IMG/VR virus record: IMGVR_UViG_3300032092_000001
Strand: one strand, 5' to 3'
DNA from: a virus
Lineage: Duplodnaviria > Caudoviricetes
Length of the DNA: 64,000 nucleotides
A program made the translations under genes and the position numbers. Positions 31,199-40,054 of this stretch are shown here, piece by piece. The notes below the pieces were generated by a model that did not search any database, was not told the DNA's origin, and was given only the letters and a program-made list of their open reading frames with translations. Position 1 is the first letter of the stretch; each line of letters starts with the position of its first letter.

Positions 31199-32734
31199 TT
31201 GATGAAATCGTTAAATTTATTATCAGAATCTTTAATACAAAAAATAACGGGGGAAAAAAGTTTACCTGAAACTAAGTTTTTTATCAATGAGATGAAAACA
31301 ATTGGTATTGAGAAATTACCATACGGGTATGCATCTTTACGAAGATTTATTGACCCTGAGACTATGAAATTCCACTATCAAAAACATTATAAGGGTTACG
31401 TTAATAAATTAAACTCAGCTCTACGTAAAAAAGAATATGGTGATGTTGAGTTAGAAAAAATTGTTAAACAAATCTCAAAATATAACACAACCATTAGAAA
31501 TAATGCGGGTGGAGCATTTAACCACGCATTGTTTTGGAAAATGTTATCACCAACACCTCAAAAACCAACAGGAGAAATTTTAGACAAAATAAAAAAAGAT
31601 TTTGGAAGTTATAGAGAATTTAAAGAAAGATTTGAATCAGTTGCTAAAAAGAGATTTGGTTCAGGGTGGGTTTGGTTAGTAATAACTAAAGGTGGTAGAT
31701 TAAAGGTGATGTCAACTCAAAATCAAGACAACCCATTAATGAATATTTTTGATAAAGGTGGATTCCCTGTTTTAGGTTTAGATTTATGGGAACACGCTTA
31801 TTACTTAAAATATCAAAACAAAAGAGACGAATACATTCAAAATTTTTGGGATGCAATTAACTGGAAATTTGTTAACGAATTATTTTTATCAAAAACAAAA
31901 AAAGAAGAAACAATTACCGAATCATTTATGATTAACGAACAAAAAGAGTCATACACTCCAATAGGTAAGGCGATTCAAAATTACATGTTTATTTTGAGTA
32001 ACAACAAAAACTTATTGTGGACCTTTAGAAAATGTATTGATTCAGTACTTTCTGATGTTTACGGTGAAAACTATTATGAAAAAGGAGAATATGCACCAGG
32101 TGAAATGTCAGGTGTATATGATATTGATGGAATTAAGGGACGTTCAGTTTTAAATAAATTAAATACAAACATTATTGGTTTTGTAATTTTACTTCATGAT
32201 ATTAATAAAGCAGTTGTAAAAATGGGTGAACCTGAAATAACTTTAGTTGGGAAAACACCAAAAGAACAAATTAATGAGGTTTATAGATTTTGTAATTACA
32301 TAAAAAAATACAAAAATAGAATTTTCCCATCATCTAATACTTTAACAAATATTATGAATATTTTAACTAAAACTCATAATAAAGGTGAAAGTAATGAATC
32401 ATTTGTTAACACATTACTAAAGAAAAAATTAGGTGATGAAAATGTTAAAACTGTAGGTAAATTGGGTAGTGAGCAAGATATGAGTGGAGGTGTTGATATC
32501 ATTTTAACAATTGACGGTGTGGATAAGACAGGACAAGTTAAACCCATTTATTCAATAACACAATCTGAAGGTGAATACGTAATCAAAATAAAAGGATTTG
32601 TAAAAGATTATAAAACCGATTTATTAATTTTCACCGACAATAAAAAAGTTTATGTATTTGATAATAAAAATGTAGACGCTTCAGGGGACCATTTTAAAAT
32701 ACCATCAGACAATTTAATTTATGAACTAGTTTGA
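31199..32734 (+). CDS. Fe/Mn superoxide dismutase (Mn-type signatures) fused to C-terminal PD-(D/E)xK-like domain; likely start ATG 31202
   Basis: LPYGY, HYQKH..YV, NNAGGAFNH..FW, FGSGWVWL, NQDNP, DLWEHAYY; about 280 extra C-terminal residues including GESNE...GGVD...GQVK. Confidence 0.9.
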   Translation: MMKSLNLLSESLIQKITGEKSLPETKFFINEMKTIGIEKLPYGYASLRRFIDPETMKFHYQKHYKGYVNKLNSALRKKEYGDVELEKIVKQISKYNTTIRNNAGGAFNHALFWKMLSPTPQKPTGEILDKIKKDFGSYREFKERFESVAKKRFGSGWVWLVITKGGRLKVMSTQNQDNPLMNIFDKGGFPVLGLDLWEHAYYLKYQNKRDEYIQNFWDAINWKFVNELFLSKTKKEETITESFMINEQKESYTPIGKAIQNYMFILSNNKNLLWTFRKCIDSVLSDVYGENYYEKGEYAPGEMSGVYDIDGIKGRSVLNKLNTNIIGFVILLHDINKAVVKMGEPEITLVGKTPKEQINEVYRFCNYIKKYKNRIFPSSNTLTNIMNILTKTHNKGESNESFVNTLLKKKLGDENVKTVGKLGSEQDMSGGVDIILTIDGVDKTGQVKPIYSITQSEGEYVIKIKGFVKDYKTDLLIFTDNKKVYVFDNKNVDASGDHFKIPSDNLIYELV

Positions 32735-32758
32735 TATTTATAGATAAAATATCATACT

Positions 32759-33880
32759 ATGGGAGTTATTGCAGAACCTGAAAGAAGTGATTTATTCACA
32801 AAGGTCAGACACATTTTAGGAGCCCCTCTACGTTCAATTGAACTTGAGGACGAACAAATGGATACACTATTGGAATTTTCAATTGGTGATTATTCTCAAT
32901 ACGTTCAGGATTGGTTAATTCAATCACAATGGTCTAATTTATACAATCTTAATATTGAGACTCAATCAGTCGCACAAGCTTTTTTAAGTAGAGATTTTGA
33001 CTATACCAACAGATATATGCAAGCATATTCTAAAATTGTTGGTTTACAAACAAATGGAGACGCCGTACTTAAAAAAGATTTTATTACATTAGTGCCCGGA
33101 CAACAAATTTATGAAATACCTGCGGGTAGAGAAGTTAATGAATTATTATGGTTTACACCAGCGGCACAAAATAACATTTTATTTGACCCTTGGAGTTTTG
33201 GGTCTTTAGGAGGATATGGTTTAGGTGGTCCAGCAGGTTATTCACAAATGGGTTACACCGGCTCATATTTCATGATGCCAGGTTTTGATATGTTATTAAG
33301 AATGCAAGAAATTAATATACAAAGAAGAATTATTGCAGGTGATTTAACATATAGAATGACAGCATTACCTGAAGGTAAAAAGGCAATACATTTAATGCAA
33401 ACACCAGGTGGAAAATTTGACTTTGGTAATTCCGAATTAAAAAATATGCAAGTTTGGTATTGGTATTATGAAGTTGAAGTCGGAAATGCCGACCAACAAA
33501 ATGCTTGTTATAACGCCAATCCTGAAATTATTAAATTACCATCTGATGTACCATTGGCACCTTTAAGATGGGAAGACTTAAACAATCCCGCAAAACAATT
33601 TGTTAGAAGGTGGTTTATTGCGAGTTGTAAAGAAACTTTATCGAAAGTAAGAGGAAAATATTCAGGTAATTTAAAAACTCCTGATTCTGAACTTACAATG
33701 GACTATCAATCCTTAGCAACTGAAGGTAAAGATGAAAAGGCTAAATTAGAAGAAAACTTAAAATTAAGACTTGATGGATTAGCACCTAAGACATTCAGTG
33801 AAACTAACGCAGCAATTACTGAAAACCTAAATAAAGAACTTAAACTAAGAGCATTCCCAAGAGGATTGTATGTAATCTAA
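32759..33880 (+). CDS. Head-tail adaptor / neck protein (T4 gp13-like)
   Basis: ILGAPLRSIELEDEQMD, WFIASCKETLSKVRGKYSG, LATEGKDEKAKLE. Confidence 0.75.
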   Translation: MGVIAEPERSDLFTKVRHILGAPLRSIELEDEQMDTLLEFSIGDYSQYVQDWLIQSQWSNLYNLNIETQSVAQAFLSRDFDYTNRYMQAYSKIVGLQTNGDAVLKKDFITLVPGQQIYEIPAGREVNELLWFTPAAQNNILFDPWSFGSLGGYGLGGPAGYSQMGYTGSYFMMPGFDMLLRMQEINIQRRIIAGDLTYRMTALPEGKKAIHLMQTPGGKFDFGNSELKNMQVWYWYYEVEVGNADQQNACYNANPEIIKLPSDVPLAPLRWEDLNNPAKQFVRRWFIASCKETLSKVRGKYSGNLKTPDSELTMDYQSLATEGKDEKAKLEENLKLRLDGLAPKTFSETNAAITENLNKELKLRAFPRGLYVI

Positions 33881-34215
33881 TGCCAATACAAAAATCAATA
33901 CCGATGGAACGGGTAATTTCAGGTGTTGTACTTAAAACATCTGAAATTTGTATTGTATCTGATAACCAATATACAACTGAAGGTGAATCAGTAATTGTAA
34001 CTAAAGTAGTTGACAACTGTGAAGTTATAATTAATCACAATAACACCGACCACGTAATAATTAAGGCTCTTACAAACACAAAAATCAAACCCATTGAGGG
34101 TTTGATTGATGAGGAGTTTAATGAAATTAATATTGAAAAGGGAGCTTGTGTTGAATTGTACTATGCATTTGGTTCTTGGTACGTAGTCTCATCAGACGGT
34201 ATTAAATCTAATTAA
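33880..34215 (+). CDS. Hypothetical small beta-rich protein, probably structural
   Basis: 111 aa, overlapping start/stop with neck gene; C-terminal GACVELYY...WYVVS loosely resembles segments of the fibre proteins at 37-40 kb. Confidence 0.7.
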   Translation: MPIQKSIPMERVISGVVLKTSEICIVSDNQYTTEGESVIVTKVVDNCEVIINHNNTDHVIIKALTNTKIKPIEGLIDEEFNEINIEKGACVELYYAFGSWYVVSSDGIKSN

Positions 34216-36992
34216 ACCATCTCCTCCCACCCTTCTTCAGCAAGTTTGTAAATATATTCAGGGTCAATACCTCGTTTACCCCAGTACACCTTCTCTTGTT
34301 CTGTAATAGTTAATAAGTCTTCAATACTATCTTGGTCTGCAGGTTCAAAAGGGACACCATTAATTAATTTACATTGGTCTTTGGTGAATAAACCTCTGTC
34401 TTTAGGGTCAGTAACGATTAGATTGTTTCTTACTTCCTCACCAAATACAATTAACAATGGTTCAATTCTTTTATTAAATGTGACAATTGCTCTTGCCACG
34501 TTGTATTCACCTGTCATATTAGGATTTGACTCCAATTCAGATGGGTTAAGACGGTAACAGTTAAGTTGAATTGTTGAACCTAAAACAGGAGGTTTTCCGT
34601 GAAGAGCGGTGTAAGCGTCTTTATCTTTCTTACTCATCTTATCATTAACTTTCTGAACGTCTCCGTGAGAAGCTTTCACACCGTTATTAACATAGAATAT
34701 TACATCACCTAAACTCACTGCAATACCATCACGGATTGCCAATTCCATATGAGCCATACGAGACATCTCATTACCAGCTTTGGTCTTTTCCTTTGAACGT
34801 TTTTTATAATCGTCAATTGATAACTTAACCTTTGCTCTTTGGGCAATCTTCATTAATGGAATTTGTTGGTTAAAAATTACTTCCAAGTATTCGTAATACC
34901 ATTCAACAAATGATTGACCGTCACCTTCTAACAACATCTTAATTCCCTTATCCAAAAAGTCCTCAATATAAAGTGGTAGTTTCTTACTCTTGATTGAGTT
35001 ACCTGTAAGTTTAATCTTCCCATTATGTTCCATTGTTGCATAGTTCTTACGAGCAATATTCATACAAGATTTCCAAGTACCATCGCAATCAAGACCCATC
35101 GCACCTTTCATAAACATATCGTTAAATTCGGCAACATCAGCATCATAACCTGTATATTCCTTACCGGCTTTAACCAACCAATTGTTACCCTTACCGATAT
35201 ATCTTCTATCACCCACACCACCTTCAGGTAATGAGAAGTTCATACCATCCGTATCACACACAAGTGGAGTATAACCTCGTTTCATAAAGAAACGTAACAT
35301 CTGACGGAGATACTGTCTACCGGTACATGTAATCTGTTCACCCATATACATATCACCCCAGTGATATACCTGTGGAGCTGATAGAGCTCCAAACATACTA
35401 TTAATGAATATCTTAATCGGTAATTGTTTTCTATCGTAAGAGGTTGCTTGTTTTTTATCAATATCCTGATATTCCTTAGCCAAGTTTTTATACTTAATAC
35501 GAGTATTACGGAAGTAATTTAACATTCCCTTCATTGCACCTGTGATATCACAAGTTGGGAATACGTCATGTACCAACTGTATTGAAGGATAAAGTGACGA
35601 GAAGTCAAGTTTCAATACATCGGTTGAATAACCTACTTTAAGTAGTCGTGATAAACCCCCGACAAACTCTGTTTTCTCATTCTTTGCAGGAATGGCCAAT
35701 TTGTGTTTGTAGGACCATGCTCTCATTTGGATTTCCCACAATGTCGCAGTTCCCATAGTAGAAACCCTTTCATATGTTGTTGGGACCAATGATGCAAGTA
35801 GGAATGAACCTTGGTTGAATTCTTCATCCACAGTTAATGTTTCCTCCAAGTCATCGTCAAGATATCTCTCAACCAAATCGTCACCTGTTGTTTTAATATA
35901 GACGTTTGAGTGTTTAGAACATGCTTCGTCAATTGCAGGGTCAACACCCACTTTCTTATATTTTCCGTTTTGGATGTTTAACCAATACTCTTCTTTCTTT
36001 GCATAGAATGGACCAATATCTGTGTGGTCTATATAAACACGGTCAGGAGCTTCAGCTTTAATATATTGGGTGATGTACTTCAAACCCGCAGATTTAATTG
36101 ATGAATTGATTGCCTGAGCTCTTCTAACTGCATGTAATGTATCCACAACGTTATACCCCCACATAGATGTCTGATTGAATCTCTCAACCTCGTTTGCAAG
36201 TTTCAACATACTTTCAGATTGTTTGATGGGGTTGATTGGATTAAGGGTTTTGGCAACTTTCTTAATATCCAACTTTAAAGCTTTAGCCCTTTCAAATATC
36301 CAAAACCAGTCAAAGTTAAATCCGTTGTAAGAAGCGATAATACTTGGTTTGAGTTCATCTATGGTATTAAAGAATTTGATAATACCTTCTCTTTCTTGTT
36401 CTTCAGTTGAGCATTCAATAACTTGACTAAAACCTTTATTGGTCTTCATCCCTATCATAAAAATACGACCATCCTTTGGTTCTAATGCGGTCGTCTCCAA
36501 GTCAAATACAAACCTCGTGATACTATTGTAATCGTCAAACCCTTTGAATAGACGTTTCTCTTTTGTAACCAAGAATTGCTCAACTGGTGGTAGAATAAGA
36601 ATCAATCCTTTGGTTTTTTCACCCCAAGGGTCTACACCACCATCTCTAAAGAATTGTATCAAGGAACGATATCCATTTAAAGATTTAACCATAAATGTTA
36701 ATCCTTTCTCTAATCTCTCATTACCATCAGTACGTAATTTTTCAATGACAATCTTATGTTTTGTCATCGCTTCTTTTTGTAATGCTTTTGATGATTGATA
36801 GAAGTTTAATCCACGTAAGTCACCAACCCAAGCAAATGGGACAAAGGTGTCTTTTTTAATTTGTTTTCCGTGAATTGGGTGTTCTATAATTTTCCAAACA
36901 CAATCTTTGACGTAATCGTATTCTACTCCGATGATGTATTTTTCATCGTCATTTCCTTGTAGGAAATTCTCAATTTCTTCATTTGATATCAT
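34212..36992 (-). CDS. DNA polymerase family B
   Basis: ExoI FDLETT, ExoII YNGFNFDW, Pol A LDFSSLYPS, Pol B KIFINSMFG, Pol C CDTDG, ARKNYA. Confidence 0.96.
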   Translation of the reverse strand: MISNEEIENFLQGNDDEKYIIGVEYDYVKDCVWKIIEHPIHGKQIKKDTFVPFAWVGDLRGLNFYQSSKALQKEAMTKHKIVIEKLRTDGNERLEKGLTFMVKSLNGYRSLIQFFRDGGVDPWGEKTKGLILILPPVEQFLVTKEKRLFKGFDDYNSITRFVFDLETTALEPKDGRIFMIGMKTNKGFSQVIECSTEEQEREGIIKFFNTIDELKPSIIASYNGFNFDWFWIFERAKALKLDIKKVAKTLNPINPIKQSESMLKLANEVERFNQTSMWGYNVVDTLHAVRRAQAINSSIKSAGLKYITQYIKAEAPDRVYIDHTDIGPFYAKKEEYWLNIQNGKYKKVGVDPAIDEACSKHSNVYIKTTGDDLVERYLDDDLEETLTVDEEFNQGSFLLASLVPTTYERVSTMGTATLWEIQMRAWSYKHKLAIPAKNEKTEFVGGLSRLLKVGYSTDVLKLDFSSLYPSIQLVHDVFPTCDITGAMKGMLNYFRNTRIKYKNLAKEYQDIDKKQATSYDRKQLPIKIFINSMFGALSAPQVYHWGDMYMGEQITCTGRQYLRQMLRFFMKRGYTPLVCDTDGMNFSLPEGGVGDRRYIGKGNNWLVKAGKEYTGYDADVAEFNDMFMKGAMGLDCDGTWKSCMNIARKNYATMEHNGKIKLTGNSIKSKKLPLYIEDFLDKGIKMLLEGDGQSFVEWYYEYLEVIFNQQIPLMKIAQRAKVKLSIDDYKKRSKEKTKAGNEMSRMAHMELAIRDGIAVSLGDVIFYVNNGVKASHGDVQKVNDKMSKKDKDAYTALHGKPPVLGSTIQLNCYRLNPSELESNPNMTGEYNVARAIVTFNKRIEPLLIVFGEEVRNNLIVTDPKDRGLFTKDQCKLINGVPFEPADQDSIEDLLTITEQEKVYWGKRGIDPEYIYKLAEEGWEEMV

Positions 36993-37058
36993 AAATTAAA
37001 CTTTAATTGGTGTATTAGCTTCCGCAGTTATAGGTCGGAGTTTACCTTAATTGGATTA

Positions 37059-37087
37059 AGTTTAATAAATGAAAAAGGTTAAGTCAA
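37059..37087 (-). promoter_or_regulatory. Sigma70-type promoter of DNA polymerase
   Basis: Minus strand TTGACT-17 nt-TAAACT; implies about a 60-nt leader. Confidence 0.65.
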
Positions 37088-38626
37088 ATCCGTCAAAGAC
37101 ATGCCTATCCAGTCAGTTCTTAAATTGGCGGCATTGTCAGTATTTAAGGCCGCGCTTGAGTTATATGCAGTGTAAAATGAATTACCCGGAATTCCAATTA
37201 CATCATTACCTGAATAATAAATTCTATCATGTATTACATAATTATCTTCAGTAGTACCTCCTGTATTAAAAAAGAAAGTCACATTTCCTTGTGTATCACC
37301 TGAAGGGGATTTAGAATATAACCCTAAATAAACATAATTAGAAGATTGTACTATGGTATTTGTTAATGTGGATGAACTTATAGTTGTAGTACCTCCACTA
37401 TTCTGTACCATGTATCTTACGTTAGTTGGATTACCACTGTAATCAATTAACCAAAATGTTCCCCCTCCAACATTCGGAGGGTTTAATGGATTTGATGAAG
37501 TTGTTGCAGAATACGCTAAATTACAATTATTCATATCTGTACCAATAATAGTTGCAGTATTAGATGTGGGTGAAAATGATTGTTGTGATGATACGTATAT
37601 TTTTGAAACGTATGAAAAACTAGTTCCTGTTTGGTTTTGAAATCCTCCACTAAAAATATCGCATCCGACTTTTATCCTTCCATTAACATTTGACACTCTA
37701 TTTGTAAAAAACCTTAAAATACCTGTATTTCCATCACCTCTCCACCCTGCAGAACCTGATGTTGTAGTTCCAGTGTTAGCATTTGCGGTACCAGTTATTA
37801 TAAATTTATTTGTGCTATATGGAGCTGTTTGAGGAACTGGAAAATCGGCACCTGCCTGTTGTATACCAGGTATTCCATATAAGTCATCAAATACACTAAA
37901 TCCCATATTTAATGTTAAATCAACCATTCTCCAAACGCCAGTAAATGAATCATACATAAATGTGATTGTTTGCTTTGGGTGTAAAAAATATGAACGATTA
38001 TTATTTAATAAAAATCTGTTTGTTAAACTACTACTATTCCCGTTATTTTCAAGTATAATTAAGTAATCACCCACATTTGTTATTTTTGCGATTCTTCCTG
38101 AGGTACCTCCTGATAACCCTGATATTTTTATAACATTTGTAGGATTTATTCTAATTTGTGTTGCTCTATTAGGGTATTCTTCAGACCACCCATTAGGGTT
38201 TAAATTATTTAATGAATAATTTGCATCTCCACCCGTAGTCAAAGAAATAACCCCCACCTCAAGAGCCCCAATTACCGCAGAAATTGTAAATTGAGTTGAT
38301 GAAGATGATGTAACAATGTTTGTTCCTGCGGATATAACTCTTTCATTAGATAACAATGAACTCGCACTATAAACTATTAATGGAGAATTAGTTGGTACTT
38401 TAGTATTAATTTGAGTTTGTACATTACCAGTCAAACCACTTAAATATGAAAATTCAGTGTTACTAACAAAATTTGGTATTTCTCCTAATGTTGACCCTGT
38501 ACCAATATATTTAGCATCAATTACCCCAAAAAAAGTTGATGCCGTAATAGTTGATGAGGATATTGAATTACTTATTGAATTTCCATCAACATTCAAATTA
38601 CCGTAAATATTATAAATTTGTCCCAT
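37079..38626 (-). CDS. Tail fibre / receptor-binding-like protein (paralogue 1)
   Basis: S/T/G/N-rich; shares LSNERVISAG, NPNGW..RATQI, ISGLSGGTSGRIA-ITN...IILE modules with next gene. Confidence 0.65.
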   Translation of the reverse strand: MGQIYNIYGNLNVDGNSISNSISSSTITASTFFGVIDAKYIGTGSTLGEIPNFVSNTEFSYLSGLTGNVQTQINTKVPTNSPLIVYSASSLLSNERVISAGTNIVTSSSSTQFTISAVIGALEVGVISLTTGGDANYSLNNLNPNGWSEEYPNRATQIRINPTNVIKISGLSGGTSGRIAKITNVGDYLIILENNGNSSSLTNRFLLNNNRSYFLHPKQTITFMYDSFTGVWRMVDLTLNMGFSVFDDLYGIPGIQQAGADFPVPQTAPYSTNKFIITGTANANTGTTTSGSAGWRGDGNTGILRFFTNRVSNVNGRIKVGCDIFSGGFQNQTGTSFSYVSKIYVSSQQSFSPTSNTATIIGTDMNNCNLAYSATTSSNPLNPPNVGGGTFWLIDYSGNPTNVRYMVQNSGGTTTISSSTLTNTIVQSSNYVYLGLYSKSPSGDTQGNVTFFFNTGGTTEDNYVIHDRIYYSGNDVIGIPGNSFYTAYNSSAALNTDNAANLRTDWIGMSLTDLT

Positions 38627-38638
38627 ACTAATATATAA

Positions 38639-40054
38639 TTATCTTGAACCTTGATTTCCCAACCAGTCTACGAATAATTTAGGTTCATGTCCTGGAGTTG
38701 AAGTACTTACTGATAAATTTAATCCTGACTTTTCATATCCTACATTAGAACTAACATAAAAATCCCATATGTAATGTCTACCATCAAAAGAATGAAAAAA
38801 CCATACTTGTCCATTGGCATTAACGTAGATACCTAAATAAATCCAATTATTAACAGTGTAACTTAAAGGTATTGAAGATACTAATGTCACAATATCTGAA
38901 ATATTACTTGAACTTGTGTAATACGCACAATACCAATTTGTGGTATTTGTGACAGTAGTTGATGTAATTGGTGTTACCCATTTAGGTGATGTGTCTGTTA
39001 TAATATATTGTCCCGCACTACTATTTCTAAATTCCGATTTAAAAGATAAATTTATTGAATTTAATTGTAATCCAAATCCAGTATCTTTATTTATTCTTAT
39101 TTTTGCAACCCCACAAGATTGGGAATATGGTAAAAAATTTCTTCCAGGTCTAATTGTTACTGAATTTGGAATCGATAACGGAGCCGCCGGGTTATTTACC
39201 GAGACACTTGCAACACCATCTGAATTTGAAAATCCCGTACTAGTTATTGTACCATTTAATGTTTGTATAGCAAATGGCCCTAAATTACCCCAAGTTGAAA
39301 ATCTTGGGATTAAATTAGGTCTGACAAAAAAATCTGAAAATTCGTTAAACCCTTTGTCTTCTGATATGTCGTCAATATTTCTCCACCCAAATAAATCATC
39401 ATATATTAAACTAATCGTTCTGTTTTTTACAAGAAAATATGCTAAATTAGAATTAAAATAAAATTGGTTTCCGATTGTAGTTGCAGTTGAGTTGTGCTCT
39501 AAAATGATTAACCCATTACTTAAATTTGTTAAAACCGCAATTCTACCGTTTTGACCTCCGTACAACCCTGATATAATTGAATTTTGATTTCCTGTAAATA
39601 TAATTTGAGTTGACCGATTATTAACATTAGATTCCCAATTAGTTGGATTAAAATTAGTAATTGCGCTTTGCGCAGAAGTTAAAGTAACGGTAATTGCACT
39701 AACCTCAACCGAAGGGAAACTTGCAGAAATACCTAAATGTGAATTGGTATATTCAAAATTTATATTATTCCCACTTGAGATAACTCTATCATTTGTTAAA
39801 AAATCGTCAGATTGGAATGTTAATAGTCTTTCTGTTCTATTAACTAAATTATTTAATTGAGTTTGTGTGTTTGAAGTTAAACCACTAACATAACTAAATT
39901 CTTGATTTGTAACATTTTGATTTCCAACATAAGTTGCCGATAAACTACCACCATAAAAAGTCCCTGCAGATATTGTTGTTGCAGATACAGACTGAGAAGT
40001 CCAACCTGAATTAACAATTAATGGATGATATATGTTGTGAGTATTAAATGACAT
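38639..40054 (-). CDS. Tail fibre / receptor-binding-like protein (paralogue 2)
   Basis: LTNDRVISSG, NPTNW..RSTQI, ISGLYGGQNGRIAVLTN...IILE; divergent C-terminal head. Confidence 0.65.
   Translation of the reverse strand: MSFNTHNIYHPLIVNSGWTSQSVSATTISAGTFYGGSLSATYVGNQNVTNQEFSYVSGLTSNTQTQLNNLVNRTERLLTFQSDDFLTNDRVISSGNNINFEYTNSHLGISASFPSVEVSAITVTLTSAQSAITNFNPTNWESNVNNRSTQIIFTGNQNSIISGLYGGQNGRIAVLTNLSNGLIILEHNSTATTIGNQFYFNSNLAYFLVKNRTISLIYDDLFGWRNIDDISEDKGFNEFSDFFVRPNLIPRFSTWGNLGPFAIQTLNGTITSTGFSNSDGVASVSVNNPAAPLSIPNSVTIRPGRNFLPYSQSCGVAKIRINKDTGFGLQLNSINLSFKSEFRNSSAGQYIITDTSPKWVTPITSTTVTNTTNWYCAYYTSSSNISDIVTLVSSIPLSYTVNNWIYLGIYVNANGQVWFFHSFDGRHYIWDFYVSSNVGYEKSGLNLSVSTSTPGHEPKLFVDWLGNQGSR

Noticed and set aside
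1-36992. Introns or inteins in nrdA, nrdB, helicase, RecA or DNA polymerase (common insertion hot spots)
   Set aside because: Motif spacing is continuous and lengths are normal; no splice-junction or homing-endonuclease motifs seen in the visible parts.
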